From Octopus vulgaris (lineage: Eukaryota): DNA of 64,000 nt. The stretch lies in contig OX597816.1 of NCBI GenBank assembly GCA_951406725.2, positions 164,052,001-164,116,000 on the forward strand, read 5' to 3'. Shown piece by piece: positions 27,731-41,583 of this stretch. Each line of letters begins with the position of its first letter. Position 1 is the first letter of the stretch. Made by a program: the position numbers and the translations under genes. The notes beneath the pieces are model-generated. The model was not told the origin of the DNA and made no database searches. It was given only the letters and a program-made list of their open reading frames with translations.

Positions 27731-29390
27731 ATATATATATATATATATATAATAGTAGGGAATATAATTCCAAACTTACAGGGAAAAATTCAATTTAGCA
27801 ATTTTTACTACTATTTATTGTTTATGTACTTTATTGATTTATAGAATAAGGTTTTTATAGTATATGTTTTCTATATGGTGTGAATGACGTCTTTCAATAT
27901 TGAATTGTATAATAGAGGTTTTTCTCTAAATTATATATATATTGTCTGTCTATGTATCAGTCTATCAGCCTACCTATATTTCTATCTATCTATTTTCATT
28001 GTCATGGAACCTCACCCAAGAAATCATTGGACGAAGTATTGAACGCGTCCGTACAAGTGCAATGGTCATGCGTTGCCCGTGAATTACTAACGATGACTTT
28101 GCTGGCCGAAACTTTAAAGTCACTATCAATAATATTCTTGTTTAAAAAAGTGTGCGTATGTGTGTGTGTATGTGTGTATAACGTATTGAAGAAAAATACA
28201 AATATATATATATATATATATGTAAGTATGATGTATACAATCATACAATATTATATATTCCATTATAGGTAATACATCGTTATTTAAAGTTTCGTGTCTT
28301 ACTTAAGCAACCTATCTTCAGACAATTGTTTTCTTGAAAAACGTGGACATAATGTTAGCCGTTTTGTTTAATACCATACACGCTACGCAGAAGCACTGTT
28401 TCTTTTCTGACCATCGAAGCCAAGTAACGTAGAGCAAAGCTGGTATTTAAATGGGTGGCCGCTTGGGAAATCTAGATGTTTCATTGGTCTCTGACGGCCT
28501 GAATACGTCATAAATATTACCCATTCTTCTATATTAAATATCATTTGTTAGAAATTCCCAAATAAATATGCGTAGAAGCGTTCATTAGAAATCATCAGAA
28601 ATTCGAATAAGTATTAATATAATGTGTTTCCCCGATAAACAGATTCTACAACTTTTGGAGTATTTAACATAGAGGAACTTGTGTTCTATAATGAATCAAT
28701 TGCTCTTATATTTATTAATGTCAACATCCTTTAATCTCGTAGCATACACATGTGCCACCTGTCCTTTCTTATAACTCTGCATTTCAATGAATGCCTGAGT
28801 GTTTGACGCATCTTAAAATGTTCATTTTTTCTTTATTTTTGGCAACCAATCAAATTACAATGCACTGGTGTATAATCATATTTTGAACGTTTCCAAATAT
28901 TATCGCGTACGTATTATTACATAGCATATTTGGTGAAAGCATGTATATAAAGCATATATATTCAATCAAATCTCCTGCAACTCAACATGAAATCCGTTGA
29001 CAACAATGTTAACTTCTTCTGATTAAGGTATCTTTGGCCCGACAAGTAGCTAGCGGATTACCCGTCGTTTACATAATTACTGCTTCTGAGGTTCTGCTTA
29101 CTATGAAACATATGTAGCCTGGATTTTATCTACTCCAGTTCTTAGTTTTCGACACACACGCACGCACGCATGTATAACTAAGGGGAAAAAAATCAGTACT
29201 CGAATATCTAAGGTAGTGTAAATATGCTTTTATTATCAGTTTTGTCAAGCTTGTACAGCTTTAATAAAATATATATATAAAGGTAAATAGTGCAAAGCTT
29301 AACGTAAGTACTACTGTTGATTTTTTCGACTAAATTTCGAAGTGGTGCACCAGCATGGCCACAGACTGAAACAAGTAAAAGAATAAGAGA

Positions 29391-29471
<81 letters not shown>

Positions 29472-29582
29472 TAGTTGAATGAATTATCTTGTTATGAATA
29501 ATTCGGTTAACCGATACCTGGGTAGCAAATTCACATGGGCTCCCTGTGAGCAGTCATCTAAAAGTTTTTTGTGCATCTTGAT

Positions 29583-29703
29583 GTTGACATAAGTTCCTTG
29601 CTTTTCCTGATGAGAAAGCGGCATAATATACTCCTTATTCCTTCACAATTAGGAATATGCAGCCTTCGAAACATATGTCGAAAATAAAGGAATTTTGTTA
29701 ATT
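29583..29703 (+). ncRNA. Type I hammerhead ribozyme (PLE/retrozyme type)
   Basis: CTGATGA at 29607-29613, extended stem II, GAAAC-ATAT-GTC at 29668-29679, and a long stem I AAGTTCCTTGCTTTTC/GAAAATAAAGGAATTT. Confidence 0.8.
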
Positions 29704-29721
29704 CGTCGTTCAACTCCATTC

Positions 29722-29757
<36 letters not shown>

Positions 29758-29808
29758 GGGAGGGTATAGAGAGGAAGAAGAAAAGAAACCTATTGTCTCT
29801 TCCACCAA

Positions 29809-29844
<36 letters not shown>

Positions 29845-29907
29845 CTAGTTTTTCCTTGTTTTTGCTCATTAAATCAAAACTTCAGCGGGGAGAAAGGGTG
29901 AAACGGC

Positions 29908-30300
29908 GTATAAAATAGTGAAGTTTATTTGCCAACAAAATGAGGCGGTCCTATACAGGACGATGTTACTACTGTTTTAGCCCCCAGAGAAACATCTTTT
30001 CCAGCTGGCTACCGAGACACAGTTTATGTCCGTATAGTATGAGCAAGGGAGATTATCGCCCCATCTCTAGCCTTCGTGATACTCACAGATCTAGGTTTCT
30101 GAGTTGTTTCTCTTCTACGGTGTGTGACAACCACATGCTAGTGATGGGGACGATAACCTCCCCTACTCCTACTATACGGACACAAACTGTATATCGGTAG
30201 CCAGCTGGGAAAGATGTTTCCCTGGGACTAAAACAGTCGTAATATCGTCCTGTGTAGGACTGCCACATTTTGTTGGCAAATAAACATTACTGTTCTGTAC
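29908..30300. mobile_element. Foldback/MITE-like element with ~165-bp inverted arms
   Basis: 29908-30071 is an imperfect reverse complement of 30137-30300 (e.g. TTTATTTGCCAACAAAATG / CATTTTGTTGGCAAATAAA). Confidence 0.85.
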
Positions 30301-31568
30301 TCTCGCTCAGAGATTTAAAGCATGAGATATTAATATTATTATATTATATTATTATATCATAGGGTTGTGATCTGGCTGAGCTGTTAGCAAGCCGGCCAAA
30401 ATGCTTAGCGGCATTTGCCTTTCATTCTTTTGGGGTTCATAAATTAAATATTAGTTAAAGACTTGGGTCGACGTAATCGACTTACTTTCTTTCTAAAGAT
30501 TACTGGCCTTGTGCGAAAATTTGAAACCAATTATATACGGCAATTTACTTTAAAAATATAATACTATGTAGTTATGCGTCAGTATGCTGTTTAGCTCTGG
30601 GTAACTCCTGATCGAGCAAACTTATTGTGTGGTCATAGACATTCCAACCGTGAAGATCTCGTATTTTATTGAATCTTCTATTCAGACTATGTCATAATGT
30701 TTTTCCTTCCTTAAGTAGTAGAACGGCATCTTAGAGAGATTTGACTTCTATTTCTTCAGGTCTAACCACCGGGTTGCGTCTCATCATTAGTTTTTGCATC
30801 AGCATGCTGCAGAAATAGTAACGATGTTCAGTGCATACTGCATCATGCGTGCTGTGTCATACGTCTTGCATTTTGTGTGTCTTTGTCTTTGCAGGTACTG
30901 AGATACAGTATAATGTCGCCATTTAACGAATACCTCGTATTTACCACGCAGAAGTTTGATGGTTTTCTCGTTTTCGTCGAATCAGTCTTGACCTGCTTGC
31001 AGCTATGCTTCCAACACCATTTTTACTGACTCACGCCATCACTTAAAAACTGCGAAATTAAAATCATAGTCATACTAGTAATGATGTTAAGTGTCTATCA
31101 AAAAATAGAATTGGTATTTTCTGCAAGTCACGTTGCCTCAATAAACTTGACATATCTCCACAAAAAATAGCTTCAAACATGACATTCCTCAACAAAGGAT
31201 AGCTTGATACATAAACTGCATTCCGCAGTCATAAAGTTTTGAGTGGATGTATCATATTTTCGCATTAAAAGGATTAAAATAGATCTACTCGTTGAAGTTT
31301 CTACGCAGTGGTTCGACCTAATAGACATACCAGCTAGTGCCTTTCAAACATCCTATTGCCTTCAAAATGAAGGAATCATTAAACTGTGAGGCCCTATATA
31401 TTCAAAATGATAGGATAGACACAACTGGGGCATTAATGGTCGTAGGTCTGCTACATCTTGGCTGACTCGAGACAACCTAATAACTCCAGCTGATTTTATT
31501 TGAGGGATAAAACCCCAGTTCATAAGCGGCAACCATGTCATTCCGATCTTACAAATAATTTTTGAGTT

Positions 31569-31888
31569 TGAGACGTTTTGGCACAACTGCTTCGGCGCCG
31601 ATTGTTAGACATAACTGGTTCAACGCTGATTTGTTTGACATCAGACTTTTCAATGTTTCTCTTGTAATAATGTTCTTCTCTTTCTCCAATTACGTTTCTG
31701 CATGTGTAACTATCTTAGTTTATATGTGTAATGTCTCTCTCTCTCTCTCTCTCTCCCTCTCTTTCTATATGTATGTATATTTTTCTGCGCGTGCGCCCGT
31801 GTTCGCTTCTTGCGCCAAAACGCATTGTCACCAAAACAGGCCGAATGTCTAGTCAAACATGCCAAATCGTCAGCGCCCAATTGTCTCA
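31569..31888. mobile_element. Old MITE with subterminal repeats
   Basis: Ends TGAGACGTTTTGGCAC / GCGCCCAATTGTCTCA with repeated TTGGCGC-like units near both ends. Confidence 0.4.
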
Positions 31889-32278
31889 TTTTGTCTCTAG
31901 AAATACTAGCTTCTCATCAATAAAACAAACAAAACTTCTTGGGTTTCCCACAGCTGGACTAACGCTTATCGGAGGTTGGGTAATTATGTGACCGATCTAT
32001 GATCGCTGAACTCTCTATTTTGCAAAATTTGGTGGTCTATGCTAAGTTAGTCGCCAGCTCTAACAACGTTTATTTCCCACATAAAGCAACCCATCATGCA
32101 AAGTTCTTTGCATGAATATAAAGCTTTCATAAATGGATGCCAGCAACAAATCAAATTTTGTCGTTTCTCCGGAGGGTTGCTTTGCCAGTAACATAAACAC
32201 GCATTGGTTCTGTTTCACTTTATTTTGTTATATGTTAATTAGTAATCATCCAACCAATAAACTAATCGACAGCTTGAT

Positions 32279-32431
32279 TAATTGTTCGGTTAATCAGTCA
32301 GTCAATTAGACTTGTGAATGTCCTTTCGTCACCAGACCTGGAGTAAAGAGGGCATGTATTTGATGAGGTCACGATTGTCGACGAAATGACTTCAACAAGC
32401 TTAACTGGTTGATTGATTAACCGAACGATTA
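32279..32431. repeat. Imperfect ~35-bp inverted repeat (old MITE?)
   Basis: TAATTGTTCGGTTAATCAGTCAGTCAATTAGACTT versus AAGCTTAACTGGTTGATTGATTAACCGAACGATTA. Confidence 0.6.
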
Positions 32432-32972
32432 TGCTAGTTATTAGTGAGATAGTCAACTATCTATATATTTACTCAATGGTCTGTTAAAGAAAAGACGCTA
32501 AAGACAAAACCGTTAATGACACTCCAGTATGTGGTTTGTTCTAAATTATTAGTGTGTACAACTTCGGCGCTCAACCCAGAAACAAGTTTTTAATGTGTTT
32601 ACTTCTTGATATCATCAATCCGTGACGAGATCCTGTTGGGTGTTTACAATTACTTTGTCTGAACACAGTGATATTGGTTTCAATTCCTCGGCAGTGTTGC
32701 TTGGAACGCTGCCAAGCTACTGATTTTTTTAAAAAGGTTCGTTAAGGAGAAGAAGGCCAATGTGCCTGAGCTATTTTAAAGTCTCCGACACCTGTGAATA
32801 TAGAGGAGGGAGTTTGTAATCACCCTGAGGACCTCGTTTGAACGATGTGAATGGGCTTCACTAAAACACGCTAAGACCAGTCAATGGTGATAGACAAGGT
32901 GACATGTTGTGGCTACTTTTTTATAACAAGAGCAGACTGGTATCCCGGTCAGACTTCCATTCCGTTTCCTTC

Positions 32973-33420
32973 CAGCGCTGGATTAAGCATTAAGTAAAAT
33001 AATCACGTGCTTAGGGTATAAAGGGAAGTGAGGTGAACCACAGAAATGGTAAATGATTTACGGCACAAAAGAAAATCCCTATAAACTAGCTAAGATAATA
33101 TTTGAGATGCCTTATGCGTACGAAGTACACATCTGCTTATGTAGCACATCTGCTTATGTAGCAGATGTGCTACATAAGACTAATTTTGAAGATCTGATCA
33201 AAGATTTCACCATTAAAAAAAAAGAGAGAGAGAGACAGAGAGAAAACTCTTCAGGTACAAATAAAGTAGAAGTATTCAAAAATAGACGTTATTTTCCAGC
33301 TTACTGCTAGTTTGGTTTCATTTTGAAGAATAAATATCTTATGGCTTTTAAATTACATATCTATGGGGTCACCAACATATTTTAAATGCTTAGGATCTCT
33401 GTGTGTCTTACTGCGCCCTG
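32973..33420 (+). mobile_element. hAT-derived non-autonomous element
   Basis: Ends CAGCGCTGGATTAAG / CTTACTGCGCCCTG; internal NFEDLIKDFTIKK resembles a hAT transposase C-terminus. Confidence 0.55.
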
Positions 33421-34159
33421 TAACCTACAAATCTTTAATGGAAGCGAAACTATGGTAAAAAGAAAAAGACTTTTGAGATGGCATAGAGCGGGATCGAACC
33501 AGATCCTATGTAGATGAGAAACGAAGTCCTTGACTACGAAGCCATGACGAGATGCATTATAGATGAAAACGAACTTTAATCCACATACAACCAGTCTAGA
33601 TAAAAATAAAATCGGCAGAAAGGAGAACAAATTGGTAGAAAAAAATAAATCGTGAGTGATTCTAAGTTGTTGAAGACGGAGAGGAAATAAAGAACGGTAA
33701 AATATGGAATTGGTAAGAGAAAGAAAGGCAGGGGAAGAATAAACGTTAGATTAGCTGGAAATGGGAAAATTGTTATGTCAGATCAGTGAGGGAGGAGGGA
33801 GAAGGTAGGTCAACCTAACTCTCCATTTTCCTCCCCTTCTTTTGCACACACACACACACGCACTTCGGCAGTTACCGAGTCATGATTATATACTCGGTAA
33901 ATCCATTCTTCATCCCTCTGTAGATATATACTTAAACATGTGAGCGTGTGTATAATGGAAGTTACTCATACAAATTTACGTACAAGTATGTGTATGTATC
34001 TATGTACACATAAACAACTATATATATAAATACACACACACACATATAAGTACACATCCTTTCTTCATACTTTTACTTTCATACTTGTATATACACTAAT
34101 ACATATACTTCTGTTCAGGAATTTATAGCCTTATATGTATGTATATATATATATATATA

Positions 34160-34205
<46 letters not shown>

Positions 34206-34300
34206 CATACATATAATGTAGGTAGAGTTAAGATCCATATGTATATATATATATATATATATGTACACACATATATATATAATGTAGGTAGAGTTAAAAT

Positions 34301-34336
<36 letters not shown>

Positions 34337-35165
34337 TCACACACAAACACATACTTACTAAATTTATGGACCCCCCACATACACGCACACATACAACTAT
34401 ATAAGTAAATGCAAGTGTTTGTGTGAGTGTGTATGTGTGTGTGTGTATATATACATATATAGATACATAGATATACACACACACACACATACATATTGAT
34501 ATACATATAAATTTTATATGTATATGTAAGAATATACGTGTGTTTGTATGTATGCGTGTATATATACACACACACACACACACACATCTATATATATCCA
34601 CGCACATATGACTAGATAAATTCATTGATGCGTGCAATAAATTGATAAAATGGACTATCAAGTGTGTATATTTACTTACCTGAAAATGCCGTGATGAAGA
34701 GATGTCCCTTGTACATTTTCCGCTTCAATGAACAATGCCTGCAGTTCACCAAAAAAGGTCGTTCGCATCGATTAGCACAGGCATCGCCGTTTCCAACATC
34801 ACCACCATCGCCACCATTACACAGCTACATATTGCCTTTGCCGCCATCTTCGCATAATGCATTCACTGCTACTATGACCACGACACAAGGTATTCAAAGG
34901 CTTTCCCGCCACCGCAGTATTTCGCCGCCGCCATTACGAATAACAGCATCGTTTCAATTACTTCCATTATATCAAGATTAACAGCGCCATCACTGCTGCC
35001 ACTACTACCACCACCACCACCAACCAACAACAACAACAACACAACCAACTGTTGTCCGTACAACAATCGACCGTAACGTCACTGCCACCACAATCACAAC
35101 ATCCCCCACCATAATCATCACTACCACCACGATAGCGACAATGATATATACTCATGTATAGCTAA

Positions 35166-35221
<56 letters not shown>

Positions 35222-35225
35222 TATA

Positions 35226-35440
35226 GTGAGAGAGCGGTGCATGCCATAAAAGTGATAAGGGTACATCAGGAGCATGCATCACAACTATATGTGCATGACA
35301 TGGACTCATATCAAGATGATCCGCGTATGACCTTACAGGTGTAGGCCGGTTAGGATTTTCTTCAGGCTGAGTAGCCCATCCCACTCAAATGGTCCTTGAA
35401 TAAGGGCTAAGGATGTTGAATTAAACACCCATGTTTCCAG
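35226..35440 (-). mobile_element. Partial copy of the 9786-10343 element
   Basis: GTGAGAGAGCGGTGCATGCCAT...GGATTTTCTTCAGG homology. Confidence 0.7.
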
Positions 35441-35484
35441 ATATATATAAGCGCATAGATATATATACACATTCGTATATATGT

Positions 35485-35793
35485 GTGTGTGTACATCACG
35501 TGACCGACCAGGCCATCAGATGTTGCTGCACATCGCTGGTCACAATGCGCTTCGCATTGTTTTAGCCTTCAAAGACGCCACCTCTGTGGCTAAGCGAGCT
35601 GGCCAACAGAAGAGTGAGAGAAAGTTGTGGCGAAAGAGTACAGCAGGGATCACCACTACACCCTACCGGTGCCTCGTGGAGCTTTTAATTGTTTTCGCTC
35701 AATAAACACTCACTACGCCTGGTCTGGGAATCGAAACCGCGATCCTACGACCGCGAGTCCACTGCCCTAACCACTGGTCCAATGCGCCTCCAC
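35485..35793 (-). mobile_element. SINE family C (GTGGAGGCGCA head), tail type 1
   Basis: tRNA-like head with GGTTTCGATTCCC B box; shares the head with 53955-54265. Confidence 0.85.
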
Positions 35794-36250
35794 GTGTGTG
35801 TACATACATATGAGAATTTAGAAACTCCGAGAGTCGTTCGTTTTCAACGTGGAAGTCGAAGTAGATAAAGCTATAAATAATACCGAGAAAATATTGGATT
35901 AAACAACCAGCCGCTGAATAGCAAAAGACGAGGGTTGCCATGAAAGATGAGTCCACTTCATCTGCAGACATGAGAGACGTTCTGACGTTGGACGGAAGCA
36001 ATCATTCGAATTTCTTTAGCCATTTTAGATGCTTTGTCCTTATCAAAGAGAACTCTCATATTGTTGATGTCAGAAGCGTTAAGAAACATCCAGAAACGTA
36101 TGCATATTTATGTTTGCTTGTCTGTCTGTCTTCCGTCTGAGTGTAAATGTGAGCCCGACTGTATACATATTTAATAGCGGTGGTCCAGCATGGCCACAGC
36201 TCGTGAGCTGAAACTAGATAAAATAAATAAATATATATATTTATATATAT

Positions 36251-36400
36251 ACTTAGCGGTTCGGCAAAAAGAGACCGATAGAAGAAGTACTGGGCTTACA
36301 AAAGAATAAGTCCCAGGGTCGATTTGCTCGACTAAAGGCGGTGCTCCAGCATGGCCACAGTCAAATGACTGAAACAAGTAAAAGAGTAAAAGAGTAAAGA

Positions 36401-36402
<2 letters not shown>
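36251..36402 (+). mobile_element. SINE family A, 3' part
   Basis: TTAGCGGTTCGGCAAAAAGAGACCGATAG...(GTAAAAGA)n tail. Confidence 0.88.
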
Positions 36403-36458
<56 letters not shown>

Positions 36459-36479
36459 CATGTTAAACCGTCAATCCCT

Positions 36480-36664
36480 ACAAATTCTTTTCTTTCTCCG
36501 CTTTTTTATTCTCTCTCATTGTTTTTTTCTTTTCATTCCTTTCTGTGGAAGAGCGTAGGCTCAAAACATCAAGAACTTTTCCATTTTTTTCCGAGCATCA
36601 AACTAATACGCCTGCTTGTTGTTCCCAGACCTGTCTTCGTCTTTTTTTCTGTAAATTTAAACTA

Positions 36665-36665
<1 letters not shown>
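36480..36665 (+). mobile_element. PLE-derived remnant with minimal hammerhead-like motif
   Basis: TTCTGTGGAAGAGCGTAGGCTCAAAACATC at 36541. Confidence 0.6.
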
Positions 36666-36749
<84 letters not shown>

Positions 36750-36752
<3 letters not shown>

Positions 36753-37710
36753 AACTGTTGTTCAAAACTGTCAAGTCATAGCGCCCTTTGTCTTTTTCTG
36801 GCGAAATATACTACCCAAATTCATGAAACTTGCCTCTAGATAGAAAATGGAATAGGTGTTGAAATATTCAAATTTATTGAAATCCAAAGAGAAATTAGAA
36901 AATAATTTTTAAAAATCATTCAGAGCCGATAATCTTCGATTTGAAATATGAAGTTCCCGCCACAGAGTCATCTTCCGCTTTCGTCAATGTGAGCGCCATC
37001 CAACATATCGATGTATTAAACAGCATTAAACCGGCCAGCCATGATGACAAGTCGCAGCTTTCCATTGGTGGATATTGCTCTCCACACCATAAGACCTCTT
37101 CTACTATTTTGCCACTCGGAATAAGTGGAATTTTGTATATATTTATCTGCTCAGTAGTACTTTAAAACCGTCGAGGTCATCCAAATTCCATTTGTTCTCA
37201 TCAGAGGACAGAACCCTGGTCCATTTACCATTCCAGGTCTGATGCAACCGAGAAAACTCCAATGTAACAGCTTTATAGGAAGGGGACAGTAACGGGCGCC
37301 CTAACCGTTTCTTCAGGTGGAAACCATGGTACAAAATCATTCTTTTTACGCTGGATGTCTAGGTTCCTTCTCCCGCTGCTGCCTTGATTTAGAAATAGAA
37401 GAGCAGCTCTGACAATAACCCTTCCATCCCTTTCTGATGTAGCCCCGGGACGTCCCTCGGCATGAAACCTGTTGTAGTTGTCTGGATTTTTAATCTTCTC
37501 GGCAATCTTCCGAATACTCATTCCTCCCGCTTTCAGCGCGAGAATCTTCCCATACTCAATTTCGGAAAGCTTTGTGGCCTTAGGTTTAGAGGAAATATAA
37601 GCTGGATCACAGTGAATACGATGAAGTTGAATATTTTCTGATACAATCTGGAAAGAAATGAAAATAGAAAATATATATTAGTGGTTTTATTAGTTTTGAA
37701 GTGTTGGTAT
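36750..37710 (-). mobile_element. Tc1/Tc3-like DNA transposon remnant (transposase pseudogene)
   Basis: Reverse frames give LSEIEYGKILALKAGGMSIRKIAEKI (HTH), GRP, WTRVLSSDENKWNLDDLDG (first catalytic D) and LMVW, with frameshifts and weak TIRs. Confidence 0.85.
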
Positions 37711-38706
37711 GTCAGGGTAAATAGAAAAATCAGGTATTTCTCTGTGATAATAAAGTTTCCACGAAATACTCATTTACAGGAGATTATGCTCCAAACAACC
37801 CCCCACCCCAACTCCACCACCTTAATCCGCTTAAATACAGAGCCAAATTTCTAAATAACTTTAAAAACATGTGGCTTTATAGTTCTGAATAGTAATTTCT
37901 ACACACACTCAGACATACATATGTGTGTGTATGTGTGACGTCAGAAGAATTAAGAAACTTCGAGAAACGTGATATATGTGCACATATATGCACATCTGTC
38001 TACCATCTATCTTTCTATATGTGTGTATGTATGTATGTATGTATGTATGTATGTATGTATGTGTGTGTGTGTGTGTGTGTATGTGTGTGTATGTATGTAT
38101 GTATGTATGTATGTATGTATGTATGTATGTATGTATGTATGTATGTATGTATGTGTGTGTGTGTGTATGTGTGTGTATGTATGTATGTATGTATGTATGT
38201 ATGTATGTATGTGTGTGTGTGTATATATGTGTATGTATGTATGTATGTATGTATGTATGTATGTATTTGTGTATGTATGTATGAATGATCGCTTCGCTTT
38301 TTAATTATTTGAAATCTTCTAGTAAGAAAGGAACTGGTTCCTTGATTACAAAGCTCCATCGTTTGAACGTAGATAAAAAGAAAAAGCAACGTTGCTTGTT
38401 GAACTTGAGAAGAATCTTGCATATTTTTATTGTTCCGCTTATAAACTGTATTTGTAATTGCTGGTCAATCGGTCGAATATTTTTTTTTTCGGAACATCCC
38501 AGCTTTTCCAGATTGCCGCTTAGAGAAGGAAACCGAGTCCACCAAGTTAGTTATATAATGGAATAAATGTGAATTTTAAAACGGAGTGCAGAAGGTGGGG
38601 GTGTTAGAAGTAGTTGTCCATAGTTATCCTTTTCTTCCTTCATTTTCAAAGAGATATTCTCGTCAGCAGAACAGCTGACCTCTCTGATGGTACACTTACC
38701 ACTTTA

Positions 38707-39107
38707 CACTTTTACTTGTTTCAGTCATTTGACTGCGGCCATGCTGGAGCACCGCCTTTAGTCGAGCAAATCGACCCCAGGACTTATTCTTTGTAAGCCC
38801 AGTACTTATTCTATCGGTCTCTTTTGCCGAACCGCTAAGTGACGGGGACGTAAACACACCAGCATCGGTTGTCAAGCAATGCTAGGGGGACAAACACAGA
38901 CACACAAACACACACACACATACATATATATATACATACATATATACGACGGGCTTCTTTCAGTTTCCGTCTACCAAATCCACTCACAAGGCTTTGGTTG
39001 GCCCGAGGCTATAGTAGAAGACACTTGCCCAAGATGCCACGCAGTGGGACTGAACCCGGAACCATGTGGTTGGTAAGCAAGCTACTTACCACAGCCACTC
39101 CTGCGCC
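38707..39107 (-). mobile_element. SINE family A, full length, young
   Basis: Near-consensus reverse-strand copy. Confidence 0.93.
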
Positions 39108-39402
39108 TGGTACAGACCACTTCTTTATGTTTTTTTTTTAGGGCGGTGGATAAATAATTCATTGAAGCAGGGAGAAAGAAACATTTATACGACGCACTAC
39201 GATTACAGTTTTACGAGACTAAACGCTCTCTGCCAACGGTTCACCTTGAACTACATACTCCCAATTGCTCACATTTAATGTATTACAATGTGCCAGTTCA
39301 CATTTAGTCACTTGAGAGGTGGTCAGAATCCTTCCACATGTTTGTACTTGGTGGACGTTTTGATGAGAATGTTCCACCAATCCTTTTCGTGTTAATATTT
39401 TT

Positions 39403-39748
39403 TTCAGTCATTTGACTGCGGCCATGCTGGAGCACCGCCTGTAGTCGAACAAATCGACCCCGGGACTTATTCTTTGTAAGCCCAGTACTTATTCTATCGG
39501 TCTCTTTTGCCGAACCGCTAAGTGACGGGGACGTAAACACACCAGCATCGGTTGTCAAGCAATGCTAGAGGGACAAACACAGACACACAAACACACACAC
39601 ACATACATATACTTATATATATATATACATATATACGACAGGCTTCTTTCAGTTTCCGTCTACCAAATCCACTCACAAGGCATTGGTCGGCCCGGGGCTA
39701 TAGCAGAAGACACTTGCCCAAGATGCCACGCAGTGGGACTGAACCATG
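39403..39748 (-). mobile_element. SINE family A, 5'-truncated
   Basis: Near-identical to 38707-39107. Confidence 0.9.
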
Positions 39749-40320
39749 TTTGTTATTTTCAGCAGAAATGTGTATTAATCAATGATTTTGGCTGCCTCTT
39801 CAGGCTTCAAGGGCTTCACTGTTTTCATCCTCTATTACGTATCTTGTAACAATCTCTTGCACTTTGGTTGCAAACGCACAGCCCTCAAATTCTGATGCGA
39901 TAAGGCGGTCGCGTGTCCACGAGAGGCTTCACTTCATATCGATATTTCTGCAGTCTTCGGAAAACATACCCATGCATTGCTTCTTTTCGTATGATGAGAC
40001 GCTGAGCTTTTCACATCCATGCCAGTCCATTTGTTTGTGGAGTTATACGCGAGGTCATCAGGGAAAGAGGAGTTCCTGACGAGCTCACTGCTGAAACGTA
40101 AGACGTTGATCTCATTGTTTCTCAGTGTTAGGTTTATATGTGCATATGTATGTTATAAGTGCTGGATGCCTTCTTTCCTTTTAATATGTGTTCTCTATGT
40201 AATACACAAGGCCACGTGTATGCACCAAAGAACCCTTTTGACATCTTTCATATTGCCAACAGAAGAAAAATAGTTAAACGAAATGTGGTGCTTCCATAAT
40301 TTCCTTAAACACCTTCTCTT

Positions 40321-40375
<55 letters not shown>

Positions 40376-40448
40376 GTGTGTTTATCTGTCTATCTATCAG
40401 TTTGTCTGCCTAACACAGACAAGCATATATATATATACTGTCCGTACG

Positions 40449-40507
<59 letters not shown>

Positions 40508-40526
40508 GTTTGTCTATCTGTTTGTT

Positions 40527-40574
<48 letters not shown>

Positions 40575-40750
40575 TATATATGGCTGGCTGGATAGAGAGA
40601 TAAAAATAGATAGATAGATAGAGAAGAGAGAGAGAGAGAGAGAGAGGATAGAGGATAGATAAAGAGACAAGTAAAGAGAGAGAGAGAGACAAATAGATAG
40701 GTAGACAGACACACGGACAAACTGACAGACAAACAAACAGATAGACAAAC

Positions 40751-40851
<101 letters not shown>

Positions 40852-41312
40852 TGCATTTACTTAAGATTTCGGCTTTAGATTTACCATTCAATCAATACGC
40901 CGTTGGCGCTGTGTACCATTGAAGTGCCGAGTTCAAACATCGCCATTGCCACACAAACTCGGTTAAAGATGTTATCCGTCTGACTGGACAAACACTAAAT
41001 ATAGCACAGAATTGAAGACGTATATTCTACAGTGGTGCTTCGAGTATCCTGATACGTTATGAGACTTCTCTCCTTCACATTTCACATTTAAATACACAAA
41101 CATATAAATAGAGGTGTCTAGACATCCATATAACGCACGCCCGAATACAAAAACACGTACACACATGTACGTACATGCATAGAAAAATGGCGATGATACA
41201 CATCGAAAGAGCGAATCGTATACGTTTACAAATACATTTACAAACATCGAAACACTCAGCCTCGCATACACATATCGTAATGCAAAGAAACGTATACACA
41301 CTAGTATACACT

Positions 41313-41393
<81 letters not shown>

Positions 41394-41583
41394 CAAATAA
41401 GAAAATGGAGGAGCACAATAGTTGGTTCATCCAGTTTAGGACATTAAAAATGTTAACTTATTTATTTATTAAAATGATAATTATAATAACATACATACAT
41501 ATAGCATATTATTCTATGCACATAAAATAAGGATACAAGTAATTATTAAAAAACCCGAATATATATATATATATATATATATA

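Noticed and set aside
30870-30900. Acceptor-like CTTTGTCTTTGCAG|G
   Set aside because: No downstream open frame or clear donor, so an exon cannot be supported.
33480-33550. tRNA-like sequence on the minus strand
   Set aside because: Only a B-box remnant without a cloverleaf; a degenerate SINE head.
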